Below are positions 28,382-37,799 of a stretch of DNA of 64,000 bases, piece after piece. Position numbers and translations under genes: made by a program. The notes under the pieces are model-generated. The model saw only the letters and a program-made list of their open reading frames with translations, was not told the DNA's origin and ran no database searches. How positions within the stretch are numbered: position 1 is the stretch's first letter; each line of letters begins with the position of its first letter. The DNA is from Thermoplasmata archaeon (GTDB lineage Archaea; Thermoplasmatota; Thermoplasmata; Lutacidiplasmatales; UBA184). Location: assembly GCA_021823345.1 (NCBI GenBank), contig JAKAOF010000004.1, forward strand, positions 15,055-79,054, in the 5' to 3' direction.

Positions 28382-28989
28382 TAGAACGACGCCACCTCGA
28401 TGAAGTAGACCAGGGAGTCCCCCGAGGGGATCGGGGAGGGCGGGAGGGACGCGCAGCTGTACTCCCCCGCGGCCGAACCGGTGCCCGAGACCGTCCAGCA
28501 CTTGGTGAAGGAGAGGGTGCTCGAGCTCGTGAGGGTGTACCCGATCCACTGGCCCCGCCAGTGGGTGCCGCAGGAACCTCCGCTGGTGAGGTTCGTCATG
28601 GGGATGGGTCCGGTGCCACTGTCGACGGTCGCGTTGTAGGTGACCCCGCCGGCGAGGGCGTTCACGAAGTACGCGTTCCCGTCCACGTTCTGCGTCGAGG
28701 AGCAACCCCCGTAGAGCGGGCCCCCGATGAGGATGTACCCCGTGGCCTGCCCCGGGACCTGGAGCACGATGCGGGTCCCCGTGGCCCCGGAGAAGGCCTG
28801 GGTGACACTGCTCGAGATCTTGTCGATGGTGGTGCGGGCCTGGACCTGCTGCTGCTCGGAGTCGTAGTAGAGCGCGGCCGCGTAGATGATCGGAAGCATG
28901 ATCGCGAGGATGAGGACGATGATCGTGAGCTCGAGCGGCATCTCGATGACGCCGCGCCGGGACCGCGAAACCGTCGGCCGCCGTTTCAT
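28381..28989 (-). CDS. Minor pilin (class III signal peptide)
   Basis: MKRRPTVSRSRRG|VIEMPLELTIIVLILAIMLP. GTRIVLQVP motif. 4 Cys. Confidence 0.85.
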   Translation of the reverse strand: MKRRPTVSRSRRGVIEMPLELTIIVLILAIMLPIIYAAALYYDSEQQQVQARTTIDKISSSVTQAFSGATGTRIVLQVPGQATGYILIGGPLYGGCSSTQNVDGNAYFVNALAGGVTYNATVDSGTGPIPMTNLTSGGSCGTHWRGQWIGYTLTSSSTLSFTKCWTVSGTGSAAGEYSCASLPPSPIPSGDSLVYFIEVASF

Positions 28990-29450
28990 CGGATCACCGT
29001 GCAGGCGGTGGACGCCTGTTCTGCGGACGGCGATCCCCCGAGGGAGGTCGCGGTGTACTGGGCGAGGACGCTCAGGGTCCCGGAGCTCGCATCCGGGGGG
29101 AGGACCGGGGCGATCGGCCCGAAACGGGCCGTCCCGTTCGCCACGGTCGAGCCCGAGAGCGAGAGCCCGAGGCCCGAGACGAGCACGGAGACCCCGGACA
29201 GGGGATGCCCCCGCTGGTCCATCGTGAAGGCGGTCAGCGCCTGGGACTTTCCGAGGAAGAAGAAGCAGGGACTGCTGGCGCCCGTCTGGTCGACGTACGC
29301 GTCGACGCTTCCCAGGTTCGAGCCCTGCGAGTAGGAGAGGTAGGTGTACATCCCCGCGGCGAATCCGCCCACGATGACGAGCGAGACGATGATCTCGAGG
29401 CCCATCCCCTCGAGCGCCCCCCGCCGATGGCCCGCGAACTTCCGTCGCAT
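28986..29450 (-). CDS. Pilin with Ig-like head (third ALEG-type pilin)
   Basis: The real gene is the C-terminal 154 aa of the 610-aa track ORF: MRRKFAGHRRG|ALEGMGLEIIVSLVIV, DQRGHPLSGVSV..ANGTARF. Confidence 0.8.
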   Translation of the reverse strand: MRRKFAGHRRGALEGMGLEIIVSLVIVGGFAAGMYTYLSYSQGSNLGSVDAYVDQTGASSPCFFFLGKSQALTAFTMDQRGHPLSGVSVLVSGLGLSLSGSTVANGTARFGPIAPVLPPDASSGTLSVLAQYTATSLGGSPSAEQASTACTVIR

Positions 29451-29455
29451 CGGTT

Positions 29456-31576
29456 TCACGCCCCGTTCGAAGCCAGGAGGGCCACCCCGAATATGGCGGC
29501 CACCACGTAGATGAGACTGGAGATCCACAGGGTGGTCCAGAGCGCTCCGAGGTACCGGACCCGGTCCCCGCTCCATTCGACCCCGGTGGCGAAGTAAAGG
29601 ACGATGAACGTGATCTCGATGAGGTAGACGCCCATCACCAGGAAGAACACCGGAGAGGGCACGATGAGGGCGCCGTTCGCGAGCACGCTCGACAGGAGGA
29701 GGTAGAGCGCTCCCGTGATCCCGATGACCACGGGGGTGAAGAACATGACCGAGCCGCGCATCATGCCGGTCGTCCCCTTGAGCGAGGTCCGGATGTTCTG
29801 GTCGGTGTTCCGGAGCTCCTTGAGGAACTCGGCCATCGGAAGGACGGTCTCGGCGATGGCCTCGGGACCCTTCTTCGAGGCCTCGAGGAGGGCCCGCATG
29901 GCGACCTTCATCGGCCGGGAGGGGTACTGGTCCATGACGCCCGGGCCGCGGGTCGATCCGAAGAGGACCTGCTCGGGGGTCTGGCCCGAGAGCTGCATGA
30001 CGTAGAGGATGTGGTTGAAGAACTTCCCCGACTCGGTGCCCTTCGCCCCTTCGGCCGCCTGGCGGATGGCGTTGTTGAGCGCCACGCCCTCCCCCATCTG
30101 GCTGGCGACCTGGAAGAAGGTGTCGGGGAACTCCTGCTCGAGGTGATAGAGCGCGCGGTGACGCTTCTCGAGGAAGTGGATCCGCAGGAACGCCACCACC
30201 GAAAGCGCAACGCTGACGCCCAGCACGAGGAAGGCGGTCCACGTCTCCTGGAGCACCGCCCCCGCGTACGCGTTGAAGTACCCGAGCCCCGCAAAGATCC
30301 CGATGGAGGCGATCCCGCCCCCGATCAACGCGCCGACCAAGGCGGCCTTGGGGAGCGCCCATTCCTCCCGCCGGTTGCCCTGGAGCACGCGGGCGGGGTC
30401 GAGGGTACCGGGCCGCTTGTTCAGGATCTGTACCGCATAGATGTAGGCGATGAGGGGAAAGACCACGGTCATGATCGTGATGAATCCCACGTTCGTGGCC
30501 AGGAACTCGCTCGAGGAGACCGGGCTCGCCGAGCTGCTCCCGCCCCCGGAGAGGGAGATCGTCCCCCCCAGGTTGGCCAGGAAGATCATCGGCATCATCG
30601 CTCCGATGACCATCGGGAGGAGCACCCCGAGCCCGAAGAAGATCGTGGTGGGGCCAGAGAGCGAGGCGGCGAACTCGTCGATCTTCCGGCGCGTGCCGGA
30701 CAGGATGATATCGTGGGCCTTCTCCAAGTGCCGGGCGCGCCCCTCGGGGGACTTCTCCGACACCCCCATCTTGAGCGCCTGGAGCGAGCGCATGAAGTCC
30801 TCGTTCCAGTTCCCCCATTCGTTGGCGAAGGCCATGTAGGAACGCTCGAGGGTCGGCTGCTTGCGCGTCACGGTGTCCCAGTGGATCTTCCCGAGCGCCT
30901 CCCCGAGGTTGCCTCCGACGTTCTCCGCGGAGAACTGGACGGCCTGGTGAAGACTGGGGTTGAGCCGCAGCGACATGGCCATGTAATGGATGGCCTCGGG
31001 GGCGCGCCCCAGCGTCTGGATGCGCAGGCGGCGCGCCAGCATGCCGGGGTAGTTGTAGATGTACAGGTAGAGCATGAGCGGAACGAAGAGGACCGACAGC
31101 AGCAAGAGGACGACGAAGGCCGACATGAGCACCGGCGTGGCCAGGAGGAGCCCGATGACGACGGCGGCCATGGCGATCATGACGAGCACGAGCGTGCCCA
31201 CGGCGGCGTAGTGGATCTCCGTGGGGGTGACCTCGAGGCCGGCGAAGTAGATCTCCCGCTGGAAGCGGCGGCGGGTGATGAGCTCCTCGAGCGAGTCGAG
31301 TCGCTTCTGGAGCCGTTCGAGCTTGCGTTCCTCGCGGTCGCGCACGGCGGCCGAGGGCATTTCGATGAGCACGCGGCGGTTGAACTCTTCCTCCTGCTGA
31401 CGGAGGTTCAGCCGTACCTTCTCCCGCTGCTCCTCGAGCTTCTCCTGGCGACGGGAGGGATTGCCGAGCGAGATGAAGATCCCGCCGAGGAACCGGGAGT
31501 AGTTCTCGAACCAGGCCCCCGACTTCCCCTCGTGGACCGCCTTGAACTCTGCGGCGTGGTCGGGATCAGCCGCCAT
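29456..31576 (-). CDS. Type IV pilus platform membrane protein (TadC/PilC/ArlJ, T2SSF family)
   Basis: Multi-TM with two T2SSF-like repeats (APEAIHYMAMSLRLNPSL, EQEFPDTFFQVASQMGEG). Adjacent to the ATPase. Confidence 0.9.
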   Translation of the reverse strand: MAADPDHAAEFKAVHEGKSGAWFENYSRFLGGIFISLGNPSRRQEKLEEQREKVRLNLRQQEEEFNRRVLIEMPSAAVRDREERKLERLQKRLDSLEELITRRRFQREIYFAGLEVTPTEIHYAAVGTLVLVMIAMAAVVIGLLLATPVLMSAFVVLLLLSVLFVPLMLYLYIYNYPGMLARRLRIQTLGRAPEAIHYMAMSLRLNPSLHQAVQFSAENVGGNLGEALGKIHWDTVTRKQPTLERSYMAFANEWGNWNEDFMRSLQALKMGVSEKSPEGRARHLEKAHDIILSGTRRKIDEFAASLSGPTTIFFGLGVLLPMVIGAMMPMIFLANLGGTISLSGGGSSSASPVSSSEFLATNVGFITIMTVVFPLIAYIYAVQILNKRPGTLDPARVLQGNRREEWALPKAALVGALIGGGIASIGIFAGLGYFNAYAGAVLQETWTAFLVLGVSVALSVVAFLRIHFLEKRHRALYHLEQEFPDTFFQVASQMGEGVALNNAIRQAAEGAKGTESGKFFNHILYVMQLSGQTPEQVLFGSTRGPGVMDQYPSRPMKVAMRALLEASKKGPEAIAETVLPMAEFLKELRNTDQNIRTSLKGTTGMMRGSVMFFTPVVIGITGALYLLLSSVLANGALIVPSPVFFLVMGVYLIEITFIVLYFATGVEWSGDRVRYLGALWTTLWISSLIYVVAAIFGVALLASNGA

Positions 31577-33695
31577 GGCCCGTGGCCCACCCCTTGAGGG
31601 ACTCCTTCAACCAAGCCTCCCACTGAGAAAGGACCGAGGCGTACACCCCGCGCTTGGTCCCGCCCTCGGTGGCGCGCTCCATGATGTCCCAGAAGGCGGC
31701 GTTCGACTTGCCGACCCACTCGGCGCTCACGAGCTCGGGGCGCTTGGCACGTCGCGAAAGCTCGACGAGACGCTCCCGGTAGGTCGCGCGGAGCTGGATC
31801 TGCTCGAGGGCCTCCTCGTATCGGATCCCCCAGGAGTCGGCGATGTGCTTGATGCGTTCAGAACCCTCGAGATAGGCCGCCGTTGCCTTGAGGGTGTCCG
31901 TCGCCTCGTCATAGACGAGCAGTTGACGGAAGGTGCCCGGCTCGCGGGCCGTCTTCGAGAGCTCGCTCACCTCCATGATCCGGCGCTGCTGGTTCCGCAC
32001 GGAGCCCCCGGGCGAGGTCAGCCCCGCCACCACGACGATGTCCGTGGCCTGGAAGCTCACGGCCGGGATGCCGATGTCGTGGACCACCCGCTCGAAGACG
32101 GCCTTGGCCGTGTTGCCGTGGATGGTCCCGAGCACGGAGCTCCCCGCGGTACCTGCCCGCATGGCCTCGTAGAGCGTCCGCGCCTCCTCGCCGCGCACCT
32201 CCCCGAGCACGATGGCACTTTCCCCCAGCCGGAGGGAGACCTTGAGCGCCTCGTTGGCGGTCATCTCGACCCCCTGGCCCCCGACCGCCGACCGGGTGAA
32301 CAGCGTCTGGACCTTGTAGCCGAGCTCCCGCATCTCGGCGCTGGGGAGCTCCAGCGTGTCCTCGATGGTGAGGATGCGCTGGTTCTTCGGGAACTCGAGC
32401 ATGAGGGCGCCCGTGAGGGAGGTCTTCCCGGCGCCTCGAGGACCGGCCACGAGGATCGTGGAGCGTCCATCGATGAGGAAGTTGAGGAGCCCGGCCGTGA
32501 GCGGGTTGATGGAGTTCGAGCTCATGAGCTTGAGGAGCGTCCACGGGTCGGTCGCGTGACGGCGCAGGGCCATGGCGATCCCGTGGGGGGACAGCGGCTT
32601 GCCGATGGCGGTGACCCGGATGTTGTATTCGCGGAGGTCCGTCTCGAGCACCGGCATCGCCTCCGAGAACGGCTTTCCGCTGTCGAGCAAGAGCCGGGAG
32701 AGGAGCGCCTCCGCCTCCTCGTCGGTGACCGTCACATTGGTGATGCACTTGTCCCCGACCGCGCCCGAGGCGAATCCGCCGATCCGGAGGTGGATGGGGT
32801 TCTCCGAGGCGGGAGCGTCGATGTACAGGTCTTGCAGGTGGGGATCGGAAAGGAGGATCTCCAGGGCCCCGAGCCCGACGAGGTGCCGGGTGAGGATCTC
32901 GGCAAGTTCGCCGAACCGCTGGACCCGTGATGCCGCGGACCCGGAGAGCTGGATCCCCGTCTCGCGGGCGACGCGCTGCATGAGCCGCTGGGCCATCTCC
33001 CGGACCACCTGCTTCGTGTGCGAGAGGTTCTGCAGGGCGAGGCGCTTCGGGTAGTATTCCATCAGCTCATCCCTCGTGAGGTGGAGCAGCTCGACCTCGT
33101 CCTTGCTGAGCTTGTAGTCCGCGATCTCGAGATGATAGAGGGTATCGATCTCGTTGGGGATGTGGTAGATCGTGACCTTGCTCGCCCCGAGGTTGTAGGT
33201 GGTGAGCTTGTCCCCTTTCTCGGGGGGATGCGGGTCGACCCAGCATCCGGAGAACCCAGGGCGTGTGAGGGTGCTCCGCCGTAGCGTGTTGGTCAGGTCG
33301 AGATTGAATGCCCGGGGGACCGCATCGAGGTTCTTCAGGATCCCGGCGAGGACCCCGGGACGCTCCTCCACCGGGAGCGCCATCGGCGAGGCCAGGACGA
33401 GCATCTTCGTCGCATTGGCGCTGGTCCAGGGAAGGGGAGCGTACGGACCGATACCGCCCGCCCCCGGTGCCTGGGGGTTCGGGACGGGGAGGGCCCAGGG
33501 ATTGCCGCCAATCCCGGCGGTGGCGGGGAAGAGGGGGCGGGTCGGAGGCGGAGGAAAGGGAAACGCCGACTCGGTCGGGGAGGACTCGAAGGCGTTCGAG
33601 GTGGCCAGGGGGAAGGCGATGGGGGCATTGCAGTGGGGGCAGACCCGGCTCGCCGGCGGGATCGAGGCACCGCAGTTGTAGCAGGAGGCCATCAT
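31566..33695 (-). CDS. Type IV pilus/secretion ATPase (VirB11/TadA/PilB family) with N-terminal Zn-ribbon
   Basis: Walker A GPRGAGKT, Asp box TIEDTLEL, Walker B VLGEVRG, His box GTIHG. ATG 33695 in an ATGA overlap. CYNC..CPHC N-terminus. Confidence 0.95.
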   Translation of the reverse strand: MMASCYNCGASIPPASRVCPHCNAPIAFPLATSNAFESSPTESAFPFPPPPTRPLFPATAGIGGNPWALPVPNPQAPGAGGIGPYAPLPWTSANATKMLVLASPMALPVEERPGVLAGILKNLDAVPRAFNLDLTNTLRRSTLTRPGFSGCWVDPHPPEKGDKLTTYNLGASKVTIYHIPNEIDTLYHLEIADYKLSKDEVELLHLTRDELMEYYPKRLALQNLSHTKQVVREMAQRLMQRVARETGIQLSGSAASRVQRFGELAEILTRHLVGLGALEILLSDPHLQDLYIDAPASENPIHLRIGGFASGAVGDKCITNVTVTDEEAEALLSRLLLDSGKPFSEAMPVLETDLREYNIRVTAIGKPLSPHGIAMALRRHATDPWTLLKLMSSNSINPLTAGLLNFLIDGRSTILVAGPRGAGKTSLTGALMLEFPKNQRILTIEDTLELPSAEMRELGYKVQTLFTRSAVGGQGVEMTANEALKVSLRLGESAIVLGEVRGEEARTLYEAMRAGTAGSSVLGTIHGNTAKAVFERVVHDIGIPAVSFQATDIVVVAGLTSPGGSVRNQQRRIMEVSELSKTAREPGTFRQLLVYDEATDTLKATAAYLEGSERIKHIADSWGIRYEEALEQIQLRATYRERLVELSRRAKRPELVSAEWVGKSNAAFWDIMERATEGGTKRGVYASVLSQWEAWLKESLKGWATGHGG

Positions 33696-34702
33696 GGCGC
33701 AGGTGTCCCTCCCGCGGTGGCGGCGGCCCGGCGTCCCGCGGACTTGGACACGGTGGAAACGATCTCCCCCACGTGCTGGTTCAACAGCTCGAACTCGCTC
33801 GTGGACATCCCGAGGCACCGCAGGCACTCCTTCTCGGGTCGGCCCTGCTGAAGCTGGGCCACCTTGCCCCGGAAACTGGGCAGGAAATGATCGAGACCGA
33901 CCTTGAGCAGGTCATTGAGCTCGAGGTACATGTTCTTGGGGTTGAAGGCGCAGTTCGGACAATTGAGATACCGGAGCTTTCGGACGAAGGCCTGCGGATT
34001 GGACCGGATGCGCTTCGCCCGCTCCTCCAAGGGTTCTTCCGGGGAAACGGCGGGCGCCGGGGCCGGGCCGGATGGAGCATTCGGGGACGGACGGAACGCC
34101 GGGTTCGCTCCGGGGGGAGCATAGTAGCCCGGGGGGTTCGGCATGCCCGGTTGCGGGACGGCGTTTGCCGGGGGAGGGAACTGCCCGTAGGGGCGCTGCG
34201 GGGGAGGGGTCGGCGGAGCCGGGGCGGGCTGGGGCGGCGGTTGGTTCTCCCGTTCGGCCTCCTCCTCCGCCTGGCGCGTGCGTTCCTCTTCCGCTTGCCG
34301 CTCGAGCACCTGGACGGTGTCCTCGAGGTTCCCATCGGGAATGGCGACCCCGTCCACGAAAGGCACCGGGGGTCGGGCCGCCATCTGTTCGAGCAGCTTG
34401 TCGAGCTGGAAGAGCTGCCGGAGCGCCTCCACCGTCGAGCCCGTGTACTGTCGCATCACCTTGCCGGTGATGGTGATGAGGTCGACGTAGTACTCGTTGG
34501 TCATCGCCTGCATGATGGCGGCCCGGCAGTAGGGATCTGCGATGCCGTCCGGGCCCTCGCAGGACTCGCACTTCACGATGAGGTTGACCGAATTGCCTTC
34601 GGTCCTCACCTCGTACTCGAAGGGGGGTGGAGTGATCGGCTCGGCCGGAAGTTCCGGAGGCGCCTGAGGGTTCGTTCGGGGAGCCGGATTGGAGGACTTC
34701 AT
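33692..34702 (-). CDS. Cys-rich pilus-ATPase-associated protein, copy B
   Basis: CESCEGP..C, YVDLITITG..RQY, CPNCAFNP, CLRC, with a Pro/Gln-rich insertion. Paralog of 231-1040. Confidence 0.85.
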   Translation of the reverse strand: MKSSNPAPRTNPQAPPELPAEPITPPPFEYEVRTEGNSVNLIVKCESCEGPDGIADPYCRAAIMQAMTNEYYVDLITITGKVMRQYTGSTVEALRQLFQLDKLLEQMAARPPVPFVDGVAIPDGNLEDTVQVLERQAEEERTRQAEEEAERENQPPPQPAPAPPTPPPQRPYGQFPPPANAVPQPGMPNPPGYYAPPGANPAFRPSPNAPSGPAPAPAVSPEEPLEERAKRIRSNPQAFVRKLRYLNCPNCAFNPKNMYLELNDLLKVGLDHFLPSFRGKVAQLQQGRPEKECLRCLGMSTSEFELLNQHVGEIVSTVSKSAGRRAAATAGGTPAP

Positions 34703-34708
34703 CGAACG

Positions 34709-36628
34709 CTAAGCCCCGCCGAAGCCGGGCGGTAGCTTGGTGGAGGTGGACCGGCGGCTCTTGGTCTTCTTCGAGGTTCCCCGGGCCCGCTTGCCGAAGA
34801 GGCTCCCCGTTCCGCCCCGGCCGGAGCCTTCCTCGGTGGCTGCCCGCTTCTCGGGGAGGGTCATCACCATGGCGAGCCCGGTGAAGAGGAACCCCGCGGA
34901 GAGCACGCCTGCGAACACCGGATAGCTCCAGGCGAAGGGGTCCGGAGAGGGAGGCGGGGGGAAGGTCGTCACGTTGAGCTCCGCGAACGAGGAGAACAGC
35001 CCCCACCAGGTCTCCACGGTCACCTGCACGAGGTAGGTCTGGTCGGCATGGAGGCCGGTCATGTTGAGGTAGCTCTGCGAAGCGGGAAGGGCCCCGTTGG
35101 CCTGGGGTCCGTCGGCCGGAGAGAGCGTGAGATAGGCGACCGGGGAACCGGGGAGCGCAAGGAGGTCGGTCGGACTCCAGGTCAACAGGAAGCTGTTCGA
35201 GGTGACCTTGGAGGCCGAGAGCATCACGGTGGGCGGCGGGGAGGGGCCGTAGTCGAAGATGACGTCCAGGTAGCCTTCCGCACTACCGCCCCGGGCACTC
35301 ATCCCGACCGCGGTGACGACCAGGTTCGAGGAGCTCGAGGCCGAGAGCGCCGTGGACGTGAGCTGGACTGTCCGGTACGGGACCGGGTTACCCACGGGGT
35401 AGCCAGGGACGTAGAAGTACGCCACCGTGCTTCCCGAGGAACTGGCGCTCACGTACTCCCCGTACGAGGCATTGGACGGGTTGAGGGAGAGGTAGAGCAT
35501 CGGGTAGGTGCCGGTGGTCATGCTCCATATCGGCTGCTCGTATCCGTCGGGAGCCGGGGCGGAAGAGTAGTTGAACCCATAGATGGTGTTCCCCCCGCCG
35601 TCGACGGCGAGGCGAGAGGCATTGTAGCTAAAGGACGCCAACTGGCTCCCGGCAAAGGGAGACCCCGGGTTCACGTTGGTGTCGTTCTCCGCGACCGTCG
35701 CGCGGACGTTCGCGGCCTCGTCGATCCAATAGCCGTCCGAACCCACCTGGATGACGGTGCTCCCGTCCGGGGACACCAGGGCCTGGGTCAGGGTCCCCGA
35801 CGGAGGGCTCGTCTCTTGCTTGAGCGGCGGCGGGGACCCGGAGTACTTCTCCGCGACCACGTAGGTGTTGATCCCGTCTTGGAAGGCGAAGAGGAGGTAG
35901 CTCCCGTCGTTGGTCATGCTGAGATCGATCGTGCTCATCGAAGACCCGGAGCCGGAGGATTGCGAGTAGTTCCAAAGTTCCACGCCGGAGATGCCATCAA
36001 GATAGCTGAGCCACACTCCGTAGTCGGAGGTGGAGGTGCCGCTCACCTCGTACGTGCAGGCCACCGCGACCACCTGGGCGGAGCCCGAGATGGCGATCGA
36101 ACCCACCTGGAGGCTCGTGATGTTGTAGCCCGCGGCGTGCCCCCCGTACTTGGCCAGGATCTCGTTGGCGGGGCTGTACGACCAGAGGGGGGTCGCGTTC
36201 GGATAGGCATAGGCGTAGGCGGTGCCGCCGACACCGATCATCACGTAGCTCGAGGTGCCGACCTTCCCGTTGATGACGGGGGAGGCCGCCGAGATGGCCA
36301 GCGTGCCCCAGTCGACGTTGGTCCCCAGCTGCCACATGGCCTGCGGGTTGTTGGAGGAGCTGTTGAAGAGGTAGAGGATGTCCGAGGAGGAGACCGCGGT
36401 CACATATCCTGCGTTCCCCGAGACCTCCACATCCTTGACATCCGAGGTCCCCACGGCGTAGGTCCATCCAGAGGGAAGCGCGGGGCTCGATGCCGGATGG
36501 CGATGGGGGACCGAGGCGGTCGGAGCGTGGGCCCCGCTCGCTCGAGCGTCCACCGTAGCGATGCCGCTAATCACGAGGGAGATCAATACCGCGACGGCGA
36601 CGACTGGGACGTTCCTCAGGTGTTCCAT
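34709..36628 (-). CDS. Membrane-anchored beta-propeller plus FN3-like surface protein, copy B
   Basis: Signal peptide from MEHLRNVPVVAVAVLISL. Blades (SMTNDGSYLLF, VSPDGSTVI). FN3-like LTW..LHADQTYLVQV. DPF then TM. Confidence 0.85.
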   Translation of the reverse strand: MEHLRNVPVVAVAVLISLVISGIATVDARASGAHAPTASVPHRHPASSPALPSGWTYAVGTSDVKDVEVSGNAGYVTAVSSSDILYLFNSSSNNPQAMWQLGTNVDWGTLAISAASPVINGKVGTSSYVMIGVGGTAYAYAYPNATPLWSYSPANEILAKYGGHAAGYNITSLQVGSIAISGSAQVVAVACTYEVSGTSTSDYGVWLSYLDGISGVELWNYSQSSGSGSSMSTIDLSMTNDGSYLLFAFQDGINTYVVAEKYSGSPPPLKQETSPPSGTLTQALVSPDGSTVIQVGSDGYWIDEAANVRATVAENDTNVNPGSPFAGSQLASFSYNASRLAVDGGGNTIYGFNYSSAPAPDGYEQPIWSMTTGTYPMLYLSLNPSNASYGEYVSASSSGSTVAYFYVPGYPVGNPVPYRTVQLTSTALSASSSSNLVVTAVGMSARGGSAEGYLDVIFDYGPSPPPTVMLSASKVTSNSFLLTWSPTDLLALPGSPVAYLTLSPADGPQANGALPASQSYLNMTGLHADQTYLVQVTVETWWGLFSSFAELNVTTFPPPPSPDPFAWSYPVFAGVLSAGFLFTGLAMVMTLPEKRAATEEGSGRGGTGSLFGKRARGTSKKTKSRRSTSTKLPPGFGGA

Positions 36629-37182
36629 AGTGCGAGTGTGACCCCGATCGGACCGTTCCATCCCGGAGGAGAAGGTAGGCCGATCTGCTGCACATACAAG
36701 TCTTGGGGGGAATATGTAGATTGCGCCCCCATTTCGAGGTTTGCACCGGCGTGGGAGGCCGGCGAAATGACCGTGAGGTTGAAGTACGCGAACGTGCCGC
36801 GGGTCAAGTTCTCGAGCTCCCAGTACAGTGCCCACCCCATGGCACCGGTCCCCATGAGGAGCTTGGGGGTGGTCTGGCCCCCGGCGATGAGGTAGACCGC
36901 CTCCGTGAGAAGGCGGGCCCCGGCCTGGTCCTGCTCGGTGACCGTACCCGAGTGCGTCGGGAACTTCGACAGCGGGAAGGTGGACTCGAGCATCACGTTC
37001 AGGGTCGAGGACGAGTAGGCTTGGCCGGTCGAGTTCTGGCCCGGGGTGGAGACCGGGGCCAGGAAGACGTCCATGAGGAAGAAGAAGGCGAGGAGCAAGA
37101 GCGAGAGGAAGACGATCCCGTCGACGATCGCGACCTGGCCCCGCCGGCCCCGGAACCGGCGGTGGACGGAATTCAGCTCCAC
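36616..37182 (-). CDS. Minor pilin-like protein (class III signal peptide)
   Basis: RRFRGRRG|QVAIVDGIVFLSLLLL. C-terminal PIGVTLALW resembles PISVVLGVW of 2779-3459. Confidence 0.8.
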   Translation of the reverse strand: MELNSVHRRFRGRRGQVAIVDGIVFLSLLLLAFFFLMDVFLAPVSTPGQNSTGQAYSSSTLNVMLESTFPLSKFPTHSGTVTEQDQAGARLLTEAVYLIAGGQTTPKLLMGTGAMGWALYWELENLTRGTFAYFNLTVISPASHAGANLEMGAQSTYSPQDLYVQQIGLPSPPGWNGPIGVTLALWNT

Positions 37183-37688
37183 ACGCTCACCACCACGAGG
37201 GCGTCGTGGTATTCCTGGTCCGTCACGAAGATCGTGACGGGGCTCTGCGCCACGAAGATCCCGTTGGATAGCCGATATCCCGGCGGGGGGATGCAGGGGG
37301 TCGGCGTGCCCGTCGAGTAGCTCTGTTGGCAACTGTCCACCGTGCGGTTGTAATGGATATGGAACGGGGAGAGGTCGATGATCTGCACCTCGTACCCGCT
37401 CGGGGGATGCAGATCGTACGACACATTGGCGTACGTCAGGTTCGCGATCTTGGAGGACTGGAAGAGCCCCTTCTGGTTCTCGTAGGTGAGGTTCTGATAT
37501 CCCAGCACCGCCCCCAGCAGGGTCTCGGCCTGCTGGGAGAACGCCGCGCTCTGCTGCTTCTGGGAGAGCGTCTCGAAGGCGCCGACCGCAGTGGCCAAGA
37601 ACAGCAACAGCGCTGCGAGGACCACGATGAGCACGGGGAACTCTTCGAAGAACCCCGCGACCCCCCGGTGGGACCGTCTGAATCTCAC
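37173..37688 (-). CDS. Minor pilin-like protein, first gene of operon B
   Basis: GTG 37688 with a CTTAAG box at 37713-37718. RFRRSHRG|VAGFFEEFPVLIVVL. Paralog of 3461-3961. Confidence 0.85.
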   Translation of the reverse strand: MRFRRSHRGVAGFFEEFPVLIVVLAALLLFLATAVGAFETLSQKQQSAAFSQQAETLLGAVLGYQNLTYENQKGLFQSSKIANLTYANVSYDLHPPSGYEVQIIDLSPFHIHYNRTVDSCQQSYSTGTPTPCIPPPGYRLSNGIFVAQSPVTIFVTDQEYHDALVVVSVWS

Positions 37689-37799
37689 GTCAGAAGTATG
37701 GGCGGCCCCGTCCTTAAGGTTTGCCAGAATTCCGCGGCGAACGACCTCGACGGGAGTTCTCCTACCCACCCCGGTCCTGCCTTCCGGGAGCACGGGTCG

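Noticed and set aside
29451..30818. N-terminal 456 aa of the 610-aa ORF 28986-30818
   Set aside because: This is an alternate frame inside the platform gene. Only the pilin from ATG 29450 is credible.
33692..33695. Frameshift or pseudogene splitting the Cys-rich gene from the ATPase
   Set aside because: The same junction occurs in both paralogous loci, and each ATPase has its own Zn-ribbon N-terminus.
27806..37688. Archaellum operon or conjugative T4SS
   Set aside because: No archaellin, ArlH, VirB4, relaxase or integrase motifs were seen.
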